From positions 62,751-126,750 of the forward strand of contig JBBDKM010000096.1 of the NCBI GenBank assembly GCA_040879385.1: a stretch of DNA of 64,000 nt, in the 5' to 3' direction. Positions 19,971 through 30,160 of this stretch are shown here, one piece after another. This DNA comes from Thermoanaerobaculia bacterium (GTDB taxonomy: Bacteria > Acidobacteriota > Thermoanaerobaculia > UBA5066 > Gp7-AA6). Position 1 is the first letter of the stretch. Each line of letters opens with the position of its first letter. The translations under genes were made by a program, and so were the position numbers. Under the pieces are notes generated by a model that had not been told where the DNA came from, made no database searches, and was given only the letters and a program-made list of their open reading frames with translations.

Positions 19971-20956
19971 TGCCCTTCTTTCCCGAGGAAGCCTCCACGT
20001 TCGCGCGCCACGTGGACGGCCTCTACATCTTCCTGATCGCCGTCACGGCGTTCTTTTCGCTCCTGATCGGCACGCTCGTCGTCGTCTTCGCGATCAAGTA
20101 CCACCGGCGCTCGCCCGACGAGGTCGCCACCGAGGTGCACGAGTCCGGGCTTCTGGAGATCGTCTGGACCGTGATCCCGTTCGGCCTCGTGCTCGTCATG
20201 TTCGCCTGGGGAATCAGCGTCTATTTCCGCATCACGCGCCCTCCGGCCAACGCCATCGACATCTACGTGATCGCGAAGCAGTGGATGTGGAAGCTCCAGC
20301 ATACCGACGGCCACCGGGAGATGAACGAGCTCCACGTCCCCGTGGGCGTGCCCGTGCGCCTGACGATGGCCTCCGAGGACGTCATCCACAGCTTCTACGT
20401 GCCCGCGTTCCGCTTCAAGCGCGACGTGGTGCCGGGCCGCTTCTCGACGGCCTGGTTCGAGGCCTCGAAGCCCGGCAAGTACCACCTCTTCTGCGCCGAG
20501 TTCTGCGGAACCCGGCACTCCAACATGATCGGTTGGGTCTACGCGATGAAGCCGACCGACTACCAGGCGTGGCTGGCGGGAGGCTCGCCGGGCGAGTCGC
20601 TCGCGGCGGCCGGGGCCAAGCGGTTCGTCGAGCACGCCTGCAACACGTGCCACGGCGACCAGCCGGGAGCGCGCGGCCCCTCGCTCGCCGGACTCTTCGG
20701 CAAGCAGGTCCCGCTGGCGAACGGCCAGACGGTCGTGGCCGACGAGAGCTACCTCCGCGAGTCGATCGTCAACTCCCAGGCCAGGCTCGTGGCTGGTTAC
20801 CCGCCGATCATGCCGACCTTCCAGGGGCTCATCAGCGAAGAGGGCCTCCTGCAGCTGGTGGCGTACATCAAGTCCCTCTCGTCGGCGCCTCCGGCCGGCG
20901 CCGCCACCTCCGCGGCCCCGGCCCTTTCTCCGGAAAGGAAATCCACACGGCCATGA
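19970..20956 (+). CDS. coxB: cytochrome c oxidase subunit II with fused C-terminal cytochrome c domain (caa3-type)
   Basis: CuA site HSFYVP...[12 protein letters not shown] and a C-terminal CNTCH heme motif. The ATG overlaps the SCO stop by 1 nt. Confidence 0.93.
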   Translation: MPFFPEEASTFARHVDGLYIFLIAVTAFFSLLIGTLVVVFAIKYHRRSPDEVATEVHESGLLEIVWTVIPFGLVLVMFAWGISVYFRITRPPANAIDIYVIAKQWMWKLQHTDGHREMNELHVPVGVPVRLTMASEDVIHSFYVPAFRFKRDVVPGRFSTAWFEASKPGKYHLFCAEFCGTRHSNMIGWVYAMKPTDYQAWLAGGSPGESLAAAGAKRFVEHACNTCHGDQPGARGPSLAGLFGKQVPLANGQTVVADESYLRESIVNSQARLVAGYPPIMPTFQGLISEEGLLQLVAYIKSLSSAPPAGAATSAAPALSPERKSTRP

Positions 20957-22581
20957 ACACCTCGACGGCTCCGGCCTCGCAACGCGTCCACTACCTGAAC
21001 GCCAGCTACGGCGTGAAGTCGTGGCTGCTGACGACCGACCACAAACGGATCGCGATCCTGTACCTCATCGGCGTCACAGTCTTCTTCGCGATAGGCGGCG
21101 TGGCCGCGGCGCTGATCCGGCTCGAGCTTCTGACGCCGGCGGGCGACGTGTTGCAGGCTGAGACCTACAACAAGATGTTCACGACGCACGGCGTCATGAT
21201 GATCTTCTTCTTCATGATTCCGGGGATCCCGGGCGTGCTCGGGAACTTCCTCATTCCGCTGATGATCGGGGCCAAGGACGTCGCCTTCCCGCGCCTGAAC
21301 CTGCTCTCCTGGTACCTCTTCATGATCGGGGGCCTGACCGCCCTCTGGGCCGTCGTGCACGGGGGCGTGGACACGGGCTGGACCTTCTACACGCCCTACT
21401 CGACGGTCTATTCGAACGGGTGGGTCGTCGTCACGGCCGTCGGGATCTTCATCTCGGGGTTCTCGTCGATCCTGACGGGGCTCAATTTCGTCGTCACGAT
21501 CCACACGATGCGGGCGCCCGGGATGACCTGGATGCGGATGCCCCTCTTCTGTTGGGGCATGTACGCGACCGCGATCATCCAGATCCTGGGCACGCCGGTC
21601 ATCGCGATCACGCTGCTGCTGGTGGCGGCGGAGCGGCTCTTCCACCTCGGCATCTTCGACCCGGCGCAGGGCGGCGACCCGGTGCTCTTCCAGCACCTCT
21701 TCTGGTTCTACTCGCACCCGGCCGTCTATCTCATGATCCTGCCCGCCATGGCAATCATCAGCGAGCTCGTGACGGCCTTCGCCCGCAAGCCCATCTTCGG
21801 GTACAAGTTCATCGCGGGGTCGTCGGTCGCGATCGCAGTCCTGTCGTTCCTGGTCTGGGGCCACCATATGTTCGTGTCGGGCCAGTCGGTCTACGCCGGG
21901 CTGGTGTTCTCGTTCCTCTCGTTCATGGTCGCGATCCCGTCGGCGATCAAGGTCTTCAACTGGACGGCGACGCTCTACAAGGGGTCGGTGTCCTACCAGA
22001 CGCCGCTGCTCTACGCGCTCGGGTTCATCGGCCTCTTCACGTTCGGCGGGCTGACGGGGCTGATGCTGGCGTCGCTGGGGCTCGACATCCACGTGCACGA
22101 CACGTACTTCATCGTGGCGCACTTCCACTACATCATGGTCGGCGGAACGATCATGGCGTACCTCGGCGGCCTCCACTACTGGTGGCCGAAGATCTCGGGA
22201 AAGCTCTACCCCGAGTACTGGTCGCGCGTCTCGGCGTGGGTGATCTTCATCGGCTTCAACCTGACGTTCTTTCCGCAGTTCATCGTCGGGTATCTCGGCA
22301 TGCCGCGCCGGTACCATGCGTACCCCGACGAGTTCCAGGTCTTAAACGTCATGTCCACGGCCGGCGCCTCGATCCTCGGGATCGGGTACGTCATCCCGCT
22401 CGTCTACTTCTTCTACTCCTGGCGCTACGGCAAGGACGCGGCGGACAACCCCTGGGGCGCGACCGGCCTCGAGTGGGAAACGCCCTCGCCGCCGCCGACC
22501 GAGAATTTCCCGGAGACCCCGGTCGTCACCGGCCGTCCGTACGACTACCGGACGGACGAGGAGGAGAAGGCCGTTGTCTGA
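20953..22581 (+). CDS. coxA: cytochrome c oxidase subunit I
   Basis: [21 protein letters not shown] and GHHMF motifs. ATGA overlap with coxB. Confidence 0.95.
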   Translation: MNTSTAPASQRVHYLNASYGVKSWLLTTDHKRIAILYLIGVTVFFAIGGVAAALIRLELLTPAGDVLQAETYNKMFTTHGVMMIFFFMIPGIPGVLGNFLIPLMIGAKDVAFPRLNLLSWYLFMIGGLTALWAVVHGGVDTGWTFYTPYSTVYSNGWVVVTAVGIFISGFSSILTGLNFVVTIHTMRAPGMTWMRMPLFCWGMYATAIIQILGTPVIAITLLLVAAERLFHLGIFDPAQGGDPVLFQHLFWFYSHPAVYLMILPAMAIISELVTAFARKPIFGYKFIAGSSVAIAVLSFLVWGHHMFVSGQSVYAGLVFSFLSFMVAIPSAIKVFNWTATLYKGSVSYQTPLLYALGFIGLFTFGGLTGLMLASLGLDIHVHDTYFIVAHFHYIMVGGTIMAYLGGLHYWWPKISGKLYPEYWSRVSAWVIFIGFNLTFFPQFIVGYLGMPRRYHAYPDEFQVLNVMSTAGASILGIGYVIPLVYFFYSWRYGKDAADNPWGATGLEWETPSPPPTENFPETPVVTGRPYDYRTDEEEKAVV

Positions 22582-23245
22582 CGCCCACGCCGCGGCGCAC
22601 GCCACTCCCCCGGAGCTGCGCCACCACTTCGTCGACCTGGAGGCCCAGAAGGAGGCCTCGTCGCTCGGGATGTGGATGTTCCTCGTCACCGAGGTCCTCT
22701 TCTTCGGCGGAATGTTCACGGCGTACGTCGTCTACCGCGCGAGCTACCGCCGCGCGTTCGAAGGCGCCTCGAACCTGCTGGACATCCGGCTCGGCGCTTT
22801 CAACACCGCGGTCCTGATCCTGTCGTCGCTGACGATGGTGCTCGCGGTGTGGGCCGCGTCGCAGGGGAAGAAGAAGCTCATCGTCCTCTTCCTCCTCCTC
22901 ACGATGCTCCTCGGGGCGACGTTTCTCGGCGTCAAGGTCGTCGAGTACAAGCAGAAGTTCGACCACCACGAGGTGCCGGGGGCGCACTTCGTGGTGCCGA
23001 AGGGCCTGGCCCCTCAGAGCGAGCTCTTTTTCTCGCTCTACTTCTGCATGACCGGCCTCCACGCGCTCCACATGATCATCGGCATCGGGCTGCTCGCGTG
23101 GCTGGCGGCGAAGGCCCGGCGCGGGGCGTTCACTCCGCGGTATTACACCCCCGTCGACATGGTGGGCCTGTACTGGCACTTCGTCGACATCGTCTGGATC
23201 TTCCTCTTCCCGCTCCTGTACCTGCTCGGGAGAAACACGCTGTGA
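22574..23245 (+). CDS. coxC: cytochrome c oxidase subunit III
   Basis: 223 aa, [24 protein letters not shown] and YWHFVDIVW motifs. TTG start overlapping coxA by 8 nt. Confidence 0.92.
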   Translation: MSDAHAAAHATPPELRHHFVDLEAQKEASSLGMWMFLVTEVLFFGGMFTAYVVYRASYRRAFEGASNLLDIRLGAFNTAVLILSSLTMVLAVWAASQGKKKLIVLFLLLTMLLGATFLGVKVVEYKQKFDHHEVPGAHFVVPKGLAPQSELFFSLYFCMTGLHALHMIIGIGLLAWLAAKARRGAFTPRYYTPVDMVGLYWHFVDIVWIFLFPLLYLLGRNTL

Positions 23246-23547
23246 GCGACACGGCGCACGGCTCGGGCCTCGGGTCCTACTTCGCCGTCTTCGCGGCGCT
23301 GATGACCCTCACGGCGCTGACGGTCTGGGCGGCGTTCCAGCACCTCGGCGCCTGGAACACGCCCGTGGCGCTGGCGATCGCCGTCGCGAAGGCGTTCCTC
23401 GTCGCCTTCGTCTTCATGCACCTGCGCTCCTCCCCCCGGCGCACGCTCCTCGTCGTCGCGGCGGGCCTGCTGTGGCTCGCGTTCCTGATCGTCATCACGG
23501 TCTCCGACTACCTCACGCGGCCCTGGCTGCCGATCTACGGGACGTAA
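23242..23547 (+). CDS. cytochrome c oxidase subunit IV (prokaryotic CoxIV family)
   Basis: GTGA overlap with coxC. It is a 101-aa protein with three TM helices and KAFLVAFVFMHL. Confidence 0.8.
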   Translation: MSDTAHGSGLGSYFAVFAALMTLTALTVWAAFQHLGAWNTPVALAIAVAKAFLVAFVFMHLRSSPRRTLLVVAAGLLWLAFLIVITVSDYLTRPWLPIYGT

Positions 23548-23552
23548 GACCC

Positions 23553-24602
23553 ATGCGCTGGCTCGCCGTTCTCGTCCTGGGGCTTCCGGTCGCGATCGTC
23601 TGCCGGATCCTGCACGCCCCGGAGTGGACCGTCTTTCTCTCTTCGGCGGTGTCGCTGCTCCCGCTGGCCGCCTGGATCGGGCTGGCGACGGAGCACGCGG
23701 CGACCCGCCTGGGGAGCTCCCTCGGGGGGCTGCTGAACGCGACGTTCGGGAACGCCGCGGAGCTGATCATCACGATCTTCGCGCTGCGCCGGGGCCTGAC
23801 GGACCTCGTCAAGGCCTCGATCACCGGATCGATCATCGGAAACACGCTCCTGATCCTGGGGCTCTCGGCCTTCCTGGGGGGTGTCAAGCACGGCACCCAG
23901 CGGTTCGACGTGAAGGCCGTGGCGCGCCACGCGGCCATGATGATCCTCGCGGTGTCGGCGATGGCCCTGCCGGCGGTTTTCGCGACCGTGGAAAAGAGCG
24001 CCTTCATCAGGGAAGAGGTCTCGGTCGGCGTCTCGATCCTGCTGCTCGCGACCTACGGCGCGTACATCTTCTACTCGTACTTTTCGCGGGAAGCCCGCAA
24101 GGAAGCGGCGGCGGCCCCCGTGGCCCACCTTCCGGCGGGGAAGCCCTGGAGCCTCGGCCGGTCTCTCGGCGTGCTCGCGGCCGCGGTCGTCGGAACAGGA
24201 GTCGCGAGCGAGCTGCTGGTCCACGCCGTCGAGCCCGTCTCGAAGAGCCTCGGGCTCTCGCAGTTCTTCGTGGGCTTGATCGTGATTCCCTTCGTGGGCA
24301 ACGCGGCCGAGCACTATGGGGCGATCACGTTCGCGCGGCGCAATCACATGGAGCTTTCCCTCTCGATCGCGGCCAACTCCTCGACGCAGATCGCCGTGTT
24401 CGTCGCCCCCTTTCTCGTCCTCGTGAGCCTTCTCTTCCATCCCATGGACCTGATTTTCCAGCCGATCGAGCTCGTGACTCTGCTTTCGAGTACCGCGATC
24501 TTCGCTTACGTCTCCCTGGACGGCGAAACGAACTGGCTCGAGGGGGTTCAGCTCCTCGCGCTGTACCTGATCGCGGCGGTGTCCTTCTTCTTCCTTCCCT
24601 AG
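23553..24602 (+). CDS. Ca2+/H+ antiporter (CaCA family, ChaA/Cax-like)
   Basis: Two alpha-repeats are present, GNAAELIITIFALRRG and GNAAEHYGAITFA. The start was chosen at MRWLAVLVLG (ATG 23553). Confidence 0.88.
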   Translation: MRWLAVLVLGLPVAIVCRILHAPEWTVFLSSAVSLLPLAAWIGLATEHAATRLGSSLGGLLNATFGNAAELIITIFALRRGLTDLVKASITGSIIGNTLLILGLSAFLGGVKHGTQRFDVKAVARHAAMMILAVSAMALPAVFATVEKSAFIREEVSVGVSILLLATYGAYIFYSYFSREARKEAAAAPVAHLPAGKPWSLGRSLGVLAAAVVGTGVASELLVHAVEPVSKSLGLSQFFVGLIVIPFVGNAAEHYGAITFARRNHMELSLSIAANSSTQIAVFVAPFLVLVSLLFHPMDLIFQPIELVTLLSSTAIFAYVSLDGETNWLEGVQLLALYLIAAVSFFFLP

Positions 24603-25525
24603 CCGGGGTCAGGTCTGGACTTTGTCCCGGCAGCCCGACCCGACCCCATGGCGACCAGCAGGACCCCGAGCAGGATGAACGCTCCTCCCGCCAGGACCCG
24701 CGGCGAGAAGGTCTCCCCGAGGATCAGGTTGCCGAGGACGACCGCGATGACCGTGTCGACTACGGGGATCGTACCGATGACCGAGACGGGAACCCGGCGG
24801 ATCAGCCAGAAGAGCCCGACGAACGGGAGCGCGGTCCCGATCACGGCCAGGTAGACGAGCGACCCGGCGGAGGAAGGGGTCCAGCGCAGGGGAGCGCCCT
24901 TCTCGAAGACGAAGGATGCCGCGAGGAGCAACGCCGAGCCCACGAGCGTTTGCCCCCAGACGTTGGTGAACGGCGAGACGCCGCCCAGATGCTTCTTGTT
25001 GACCACGTTCGCGTAGCCCGAGACGAGCGCCGAGGTCAGAACGAGCGCGCCTCCCGCCAAGAGCGGCCGCGTCTCGCGGGAGAAGGCCACCGCGAGGGCC
25101 GGCGCCTCGATCACGGCCACGCCGAAGAGGCCGAGGCAAGCCGACAGCACGGTCCGCCGGGTCAGCGGCTCCTCCGGGAGCTGGAAGTGGGCGAAGAGGC
25201 CGACGAAGATCGGGAACGTCGCGAAGAGGAGCGCGGCGAGGCCCGACTCGATCCATTGCGACGCCAGAAAAACGCAGGCGTAGGAAACGCCGATCTGGAG
25301 CAGGCCGCTGAACCCGATCCAGCGCCGCTCGGATTGGGCCGGGGGCCCGCCCGACCGCGCGAACGCAAACGGCGTCAGCAGCAGGCACGCCAGCGCCATC
25401 CGCATGCCGGCGAAGCGCAGGGGCGGCAGGTCCCGCAGGCCGATCTTGATCGCGAGCCACGTCGAGCCCCAGACCACGCAGAGGCCGATGTACATCGCCA
25501 GCGTGCGGCCCCGCAGGACGGACAT
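24599..25525 (-). CDS. EamA/DMT family transporter
   Basis: 308 aa and about 10 TM helices, with the duplicated EamA pattern (WGSTWLAIK...). Confidence 0.85.
   Translation of the reverse strand: MSVLRGRTLAMYIGLCVVWGSTWLAIKIGLRDLPPLRFAGMRMALACLLLTPFAFARSGGPPAQSERRWIGFSGLLQIGVSYACVFLASQWIESGLAALLFATFPIFVGLFAHFQLPEEPLTRRTVLSACLGLFGVAVIEAPALAVAFSRETRPLLAGGALVLTSALVSGYANVVNKKHLGGVSPFTNVWGQTLVGSALLLAASFVFEKGAPLRWTPSSAGSLVYLAVIGTALPFVGLFWLIRRVPVSVIGTIPVVDTVIAVVLGNLILGETFSPRVLAGGAFILLGVLLVAMGSGRAAGTKSRPDPG
24605..24618. repeat. solo copy of the REP-like core GGGGTCAGGTCTGG
   Basis: Identical to the first 14 nt of the arm at 32040. It lies at the convergent junction of the antiporter and EamA genes. 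Confidence 0.6.
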
Positions 25526-25545
25526 GGCGTCGCATCGTATACGGG

Positions 25546-25551
25546 TAGAAT
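25546..25551 (+). promoter_or_regulatory. -10 box TAGAAT, 6 nt before the msrC GTG (leaderless architecture)
   Basis: TAGAAT-tccggc-GTG(25558). No SD is possible. Confidence 0.5.
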
Positions 25552-25557
25552 TCCGGC

Positions 25558-26055
25558 GTGTTCGAGGCCGAGATCGACCGCAGCCGGGGCAAGCCGGCTC
25601 TTTACCGCGACCTCGCCGCGTCGCTCGCGTCCCTGCTCGAGGGAGAGACCGACGCCCTGGCCAACCTCTCCAACGCCTCGGCGCTCCTGTCCGGGGCGCT
25701 CGAGCGGATCAACTGGTGCGGCTTCTACCTCCTGCGCAGCGGCGAGCTCGTGCTCGGGCCCTTCCAGGGCAAGCCCGCCTGCGTGCGCATCGCCCTCGGC
25801 AAGGGCGTCTGCGGCACGGCGGCCGCGCGGCGGGAAACGCTCGTGGTCCCCGACGTGAACGCCTTCCCGGGCCACATCGCGTGCGATGTGGCCTCTCGCT
25901 CCGAGATTGTCGTGCCGATCGTCGCGGGCGGGGCGCTCTACGGCGTGCTCGACGTCGACTCGCCCGAGACGAACCGCTTCGACGGCGAGGACCGCGCGGG
26001 TCTGGAGGAGTTCGTGAGCGCCCTCGTTCCCCGGATCTCGTGGGAGCGCCTGTGA
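25558..26055 (+). CDS. msrC: GAF-domain free methionine-(R)-sulfoxide reductase
   Basis: 165 aa. NWCGFYL, GKPACVRIALGKGVCGTAA and HIACD motifs are typical of the fRMsr/YebR family. Confidence 0.85.
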   Translation: MFEAEIDRSRGKPALYRDLAASLASLLEGETDALANLSNASALLSGALERINWCGFYLLRSGELVLGPFQGKPACVRIALGKGVCGTAAARRETLVVPDVNAFPGHIACDVASRSEIVVPIVAGGALYGVLDVDSPETNRFDGEDRAGLEEFVSALVPRISWERL

Positions 26056-26100
26056 CGCTCTTCCCGCTTTCGCCCGGGCAGAGCGGGCCGCGGTAGCGGG

Positions 26101-27573
26101 TTGCCTCGCTCTCGAATCCTCCAGGCGGCCAGCGGAATCCGGAGTCGTTTGCTCGTCGCGGGCGCCGTGCTCGCCGCCGCGGCGATCCTCTCGGCGCAGC
26201 TCCTCGTGCCGCCCATCGTCGGCCTCGCGAACAACGGCGACTTCGAGAAGGTCATGGGCCACGCCGGACTCCGGTATCCGACGGATCGCTACGAGGAGAA
26301 GTACTTCACGCACATCGTCACGAAGTTCTCCTACTCGCCCGCCTGGGACACGACCGGCTACCTGACCTCCGAGACCGTCCTGGCGCGGCTGGCGCGCGAC
26401 GCCGCGCGTCTCTTCTCACCGAAGCGCCCGTTCGACCTGCGCGTTCTCGGGGCGCTCCACGCGGCGCTGCTCGTGGCGGCGATCGGAGGCCTGGTCGCGG
26501 CCGCGGGCGGGCTGACGGCGGCGGCCCAGGCATGCGCGGCGCTTCTGATGGTCTTCGTCTTCACGGATGTCGGATACGCGGCGCCGCTGAATTCCTTCTA
26601 CAGCCAGACGGCCTCTCTACTCTTCCTGCTGCTGACCGCGGCCGTCGTCGCCGGGGCCTTGCGCGGCGGAAGGCTGCAGGGCTGGCTCCTGCCCGTCTTC
26701 TTTCTCTGCGCGGCGGGCTTCGTCGGCTCGAAGCCGCAGGAGAGCCTCTTCGGGCCTCCACTTGCGCTGCTCGCCCTGCGGCTCTCACCCGAGCGACCGA
26801 CCCGGGCCGCGCGCTGGACGCTCGGGATCGGGGCCGCCGGCCTCTGTCTTTTCTCGCTCTGGTATTACGGGCGCACGCCCGAAAGGGCGATCCGCAGCGT
26901 GGCCCTCTACCGGACCGTCTTCAATGAGCTCCTGACGGAATCTCCCGACCCGGCGGCGGATCTTTCGGCGCTCGGCCTGGACCCCCGGCTCGAGAATCTC
27001 GCGGGCAAGAGCGCGTACGGCCCGGACTCGCCCCGCGCCGACCCCGACTTTCAGGCCGAGTTCGGCCACGGGATGAGCTACACGAAGATCCTGCGGTTCT
27101 ATCTCGCCCGACCTTCCCGGCTCTCGGCGCGGCTCCTTCGCGCGGCGCCCGGCGGCGTGCGGCTGAGGCCCGGCGCCCTCGGAAACCTGGAAAAGTCGGC
27201 GCCCGACTATGCCCCGAACCGGCTCAGCGGCCGATTCGCGGCGTGGAGCGGCGCGCGAGAGACGCTGATGCCCGTGGCCCACGTCTGGCTCGCCGCGCTG
27301 ATCGGCGGAAACCTCGCCGCTGCGGCCGCCGGCTGGCGCCGCGCCGGCCCCTCCGGCCGGCGGGCGCGCGAGGCGATCGCGCTGCTCGCCCTGATGGCCG
27401 TCGTGGAGTTCCTGGTCAGCACGCTGGCCGATTCGCTGGAGTCGGTGCACCGGCACCTCTTCACGTTCCACGCGATGTGCGATCTCCTGCTGATCGCCGA
27501 TGCGGTGTGGCTGGCACAGCGCGGGCGGGCGCCACGGATGGCGAGCGCGCGCCGCGAGGCGATGGCCCGATGA
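26101..27573 (+). CDS. uncharacterised polytopic membrane protein (paralog 1)
   Basis: 490 aa with multiple TM helices. The conserved N-terminal loop is LLVPPIVGLANNGDFEKVMG. It is a paralog of the next gene. Confidence 0.75.
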   Translation: MPRSRILQAASGIRSRLLVAGAVLAAAAILSAQLLVPPIVGLANNGDFEKVMGHAGLRYPTDRYEEKYFTHIVTKFSYSPAWDTTGYLTSETVLARLARDAARLFSPKRPFDLRVLGALHAALLVAAIGGLVAAAGGLTAAAQACAALLMVFVFTDVGYAAPLNSFYSQTASLLFLLLTAAVVAGALRGGRLQGWLLPVFFLCAAGFVGSKPQESLFGPPLALLALRLSPERPTRAARWTLGIGAAGLCLFSLWYYGRTPERAIRSVALYRTVFNELLTESPDPAADLSALGLDPRLENLAGKSAYGPDSPRADPDFQAEFGHGMSYTKILRFYLARPSRLSARLLRAAPGGVRLRPGALGNLEKSAPDYAPNRLSGRFAAWSGARETLMPVAHVWLAALIGGNLAAAAAGWRRAGPSGRRAREAIALLALMAVVEFLVSTLADSLESVHRHLFTFHAMCDLLLIADAVWLAQRGRAPRMASARREAMAR

Positions 27574-29021
27574 GTCCCCGAGGGGAGCGTCGGGCGCCCG
27601 TCGTTGCGACGGTCGCGGTGGCGGCCGCCCTTCTCGCCGCGCAGCTTCTCGTGCCTCCGATTCTGGGACTCGCGGACAACGGCGACTTCGGCCGCGTCAT
27701 GGCCAAGGTGGGGCTGGGGTACATCGGAACCACCCGGGAGGACAACTACGTCAACTGGGCGCTGACGAAGTTCGCGCTCGTGCAGAAGGCGAGACCCGCC
27801 GATCCGACGAGCGTCTATCTCACGTCCGAGACGCCGGTCGCCGCGCTCGCCGTCCTCGCCTCCCGCGTCTTCGGCGACGGCGCCGTGTTCGACATCCGGT
27901 TCCTCGGCGTCTTGCACGCCCTTCTGCTGCTGGCCGCCCTCGGCGTCCTGGTGGCCGCTTGCCGCGATCTCTCCGCTCCGACCCAGTGGCTCGTCGCGGC
28001 GCTTCTCGTTTTCATCTTCTCCGACGTCGGATATGCGGCGCCGCTCAACTCGCTCTACGCACAGACCGCCTCGTTCCTCTTTTTCCTGCTGACGGCGGCC
28101 GCCGCGGCGGCCGGCATCTCCCGCGGCGGACTGGACGGAGCACATCTCTTCGCCTATTTCGGTCTGGCGGCGATGTTCGTCGCGTCCAAGCCCCAGGAGG
28201 CGGTCCACGGGCCGCTGCTCGCGGCGTTCGGGTTGAGCCTGGCCCTCTCCGGCGCGCGGCGGTCCCGGCGCTGGCTCGCCGCCGCGCTGGCGCTCTGCCT
28301 CTTCGCCTTCTCGGTCTGGTGCTTTCGGAGCACGCCGGACTGGCTGCGCCGCGTGGCCCTGTACAACACCCTCTTTCGGGAGCTCCTGCCGAGCTCCCCG
28401 GATCCCGCGGCGGACCTGCGCCATCTCGGGCTCGACCCCGGCCTCGTGCGCCACGCGAACACCAGCCCCTATCCTCCCGGGAGCCTTCTGTACGACCCGG
28501 AGCGCAGCGCCGACCTCTTCCGCAAGTACGACTACCGGGCCCTGCTCGGCTTCTATCTCTCGCACCCGGAGCGGCTCGCGTCGCTCGTGCATCGGGGGAC
28601 CCGGTCGGCCTTTCACCTGCGTCCGCTCGTCCTGGCGAACTACGCGAAGGACAGCGGCCGGCCTCCCCGGACCATGACGACGCACTTCGACTGGTGGAGC
28701 CGGCTGCGCCTCGTCCTGACCCCCGTCCCGCCCTTCTGGCTGGCCCTGCTTCTCGGCGGCAACCTCATCGCCTGCGCCCTCGGGTACCGCCGAGCGTCCC
28801 GCCGCGGCCGGCTGGCTCGGCAGGGGATCGCGGTCCTCGTCTTGATGGCCGCGATGGAGTTCTTGGTCGCCGTGCTGGCCGACATCCTCGGGGACGTCGC
28901 TCGTCATCTCTACGTCTTCCACGCGATGTGCGACCTGCTGATCGTGGGGGACGCCGCGTGGATCGCGCAGATTCTCCGGGGGGGTCGTCCGGCGGCGGCG
29001 GCGGCGGCCGCCGCCGCGTAA
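27570..29021 (+). CDS. uncharacterised polytopic membrane protein (paralog 2)
   Basis: ATGA overlap with paralog 1. It has the same motif set (LLVPPILGLADNGDFGRVMA, DVGYAAPLNS-Y-QTAS, FHAMCDLL). Confidence 0.75.
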   Translation: MSPRGERRAPVVATVAVAAALLAAQLLVPPILGLADNGDFGRVMAKVGLGYIGTTREDNYVNWALTKFALVQKARPADPTSVYLTSETPVAALAVLASRVFGDGAVFDIRFLGVLHALLLLAALGVLVAACRDLSAPTQWLVAALLVFIFSDVGYAAPLNSLYAQTASFLFFLLTAAAAAAGISRGGLDGAHLFAYFGLAAMFVASKPQEAVHGPLLAAFGLSLALSGARRSRRWLAAALALCLFAFSVWCFRSTPDWLRRVALYNTLFRELLPSSPDPAADLRHLGLDPGLVRHANTSPYPPGSLLYDPERSADLFRKYDYRALLGFYLSHPERLASLVHRGTRSAFHLRPLVLANYAKDSGRPPRTMTTHFDWWSRLRLVLTPVPPFWLALLLGGNLIACALGYRRASRRGRLARQGIAVLVLMAAMEFLVAVLADILGDVARHLYVFHAMCDLLIVGDAAWIAQILRGGRPAAAAAAAAA

Positions 29022-29027
29022 GCCGGG

Positions 29028-30158
29028 CTACTGCAGGGGCAGCCTGCCGCCGAAGCCTTCCTCGTATCCGTGGAAGTGGCCGAGCGCGGGCTCCGGGTAC
29101 TTCCAGCAGTAGTAGCCCGCTCCAGAATCGAAATCGACCAGCCACAGGCCCTTGATCTCGAGACCGAGGGAGTGCAGCTCGCGCATCCAGTCCTGGACGA
29201 CCGATTCCCTCTCGCCCTCGAGCTCGCCCGGAAGACTCGTGTAACGCGAGATGGCCTCCGACGTCAGCTCGCGGACCCGCGGCAGCAGCGCCCGCGCCTC
29301 CTCGAGGGTGAAGACCTTTCTCTCGTGGCCCGGCGCCTCCATGCGTTCCCCCTCTTGCCCGCGCGCGGCGTGGATGAGCCGCTCGACCGCCTCGGCATCC
29401 TCGCCCTGCGCGGCCGCAGCGTATTCCTCGAGCGTCTCGATGGCCTCGTCGGTCCGGCCGGTCTTCAGCAGCAGCAGTCCCCGCTCCCGGCGGTGGCCGT
29501 CGTTGCCCGGCTCGAGCGCCTCCGCGAAATTCAGGGCGGCGAGCGCTTCCTCCCACCGGTTGCGCCGCTGCCAGGAGCGCCGAAGGTTCAGCAGCACGCG
29601 CGCCAGGATCGCGCGCGTCGGATCGGGACGCAGCGCATCCGGCGTGAGCTCCACGGGCGAGCCGAAGATCGCGCCCAGCCGCCGGGAGAGATCGCCGGCC
29701 TCGTACAACACCCCGCCGTCGAAGGGATCCATGTACATCCCCTCGGGCAGATCCGGTCCGCCCACGACGAAGTGGCCCGGCAGGCCGACACCCGTCAGGC
29801 GCAGCCCGGCCAGCCGGCCCACCTCGACGGTCACGATCGAGAGCGTGATGGGCATGCCCCGGCGGCGCTGGAGGACACGCACGACCGAGGAGTTCGACGG
29901 CTCGTCGTAGGACTCCTCGTCGCCCCGGAATCCCTCCTCCTCGAAGAGCACCGCGACGAGGGCCGCCAACGCGGCCGTCCCCCGGCCGGTCTTCTCCCGG
30001 ACGCGCTCCGCGAGCCCCGCGACCGCGCCGCGCGCGGCGTCCGGGTCGTCGCCGGGATCCACGAGCGCCGCCACGAGCAGGGCACCCTCGAAGAGGTCCG
30101 GCTCGCGCGCGCCGCACAGCGCCTGGAAACGGGCGAGCAGCCCGCCGGCGTCTTCCAC
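29028..30158 (-). CDS. SirB1-like (transglutaminase-like/TPR, UPF0162) protein fused in frame to a DUF2203 domain
   Basis: GTG start 3 nt after the upstream stop. The N-terminal ~270 aa is SirB1-like (PGHFVVG, TPR-like tail). The C-terminal 104 aa (KVFTLEEARALLPRV...LVDFDSGAGYYCWKYPE) is DUF2203-like. An internal ATG at 29342 could give a separate product. Confidence 0.7.
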   Translation of the reverse strand: MEDAGGLLARFQALCGAREPDLFEGALLVAALVDPGDDPDAARGAVAGLAERVREKTGRGTAALAALVAVLFEEEGFRGDEESYDEPSNSSVVRVLQRRRGMPITLSIVTVEVGRLAGLRLTGVGLPGHFVVGGPDLPEGMYMDPFDGGVLYEAGDLSRRLGAIFGSPVELTPDALRPDPTRAILARVLLNLRRSWQRRNRWEEALAALNFAEALEPGNDGHRRERGLLLLKTGRTDEAIETLEEYAAAAQGEDAEAVERLIHAARGQEGERMEAPGHERKVFTLEEARALLPRVRELTSEAISRYTSLPGELEGERESVVQDWMRELHSLGLEIKGLWLVDFDSGAGYYCWKYPEPALGHFHGYEEGFGGRLPLQ

Positions 30159-30160
30159 GC

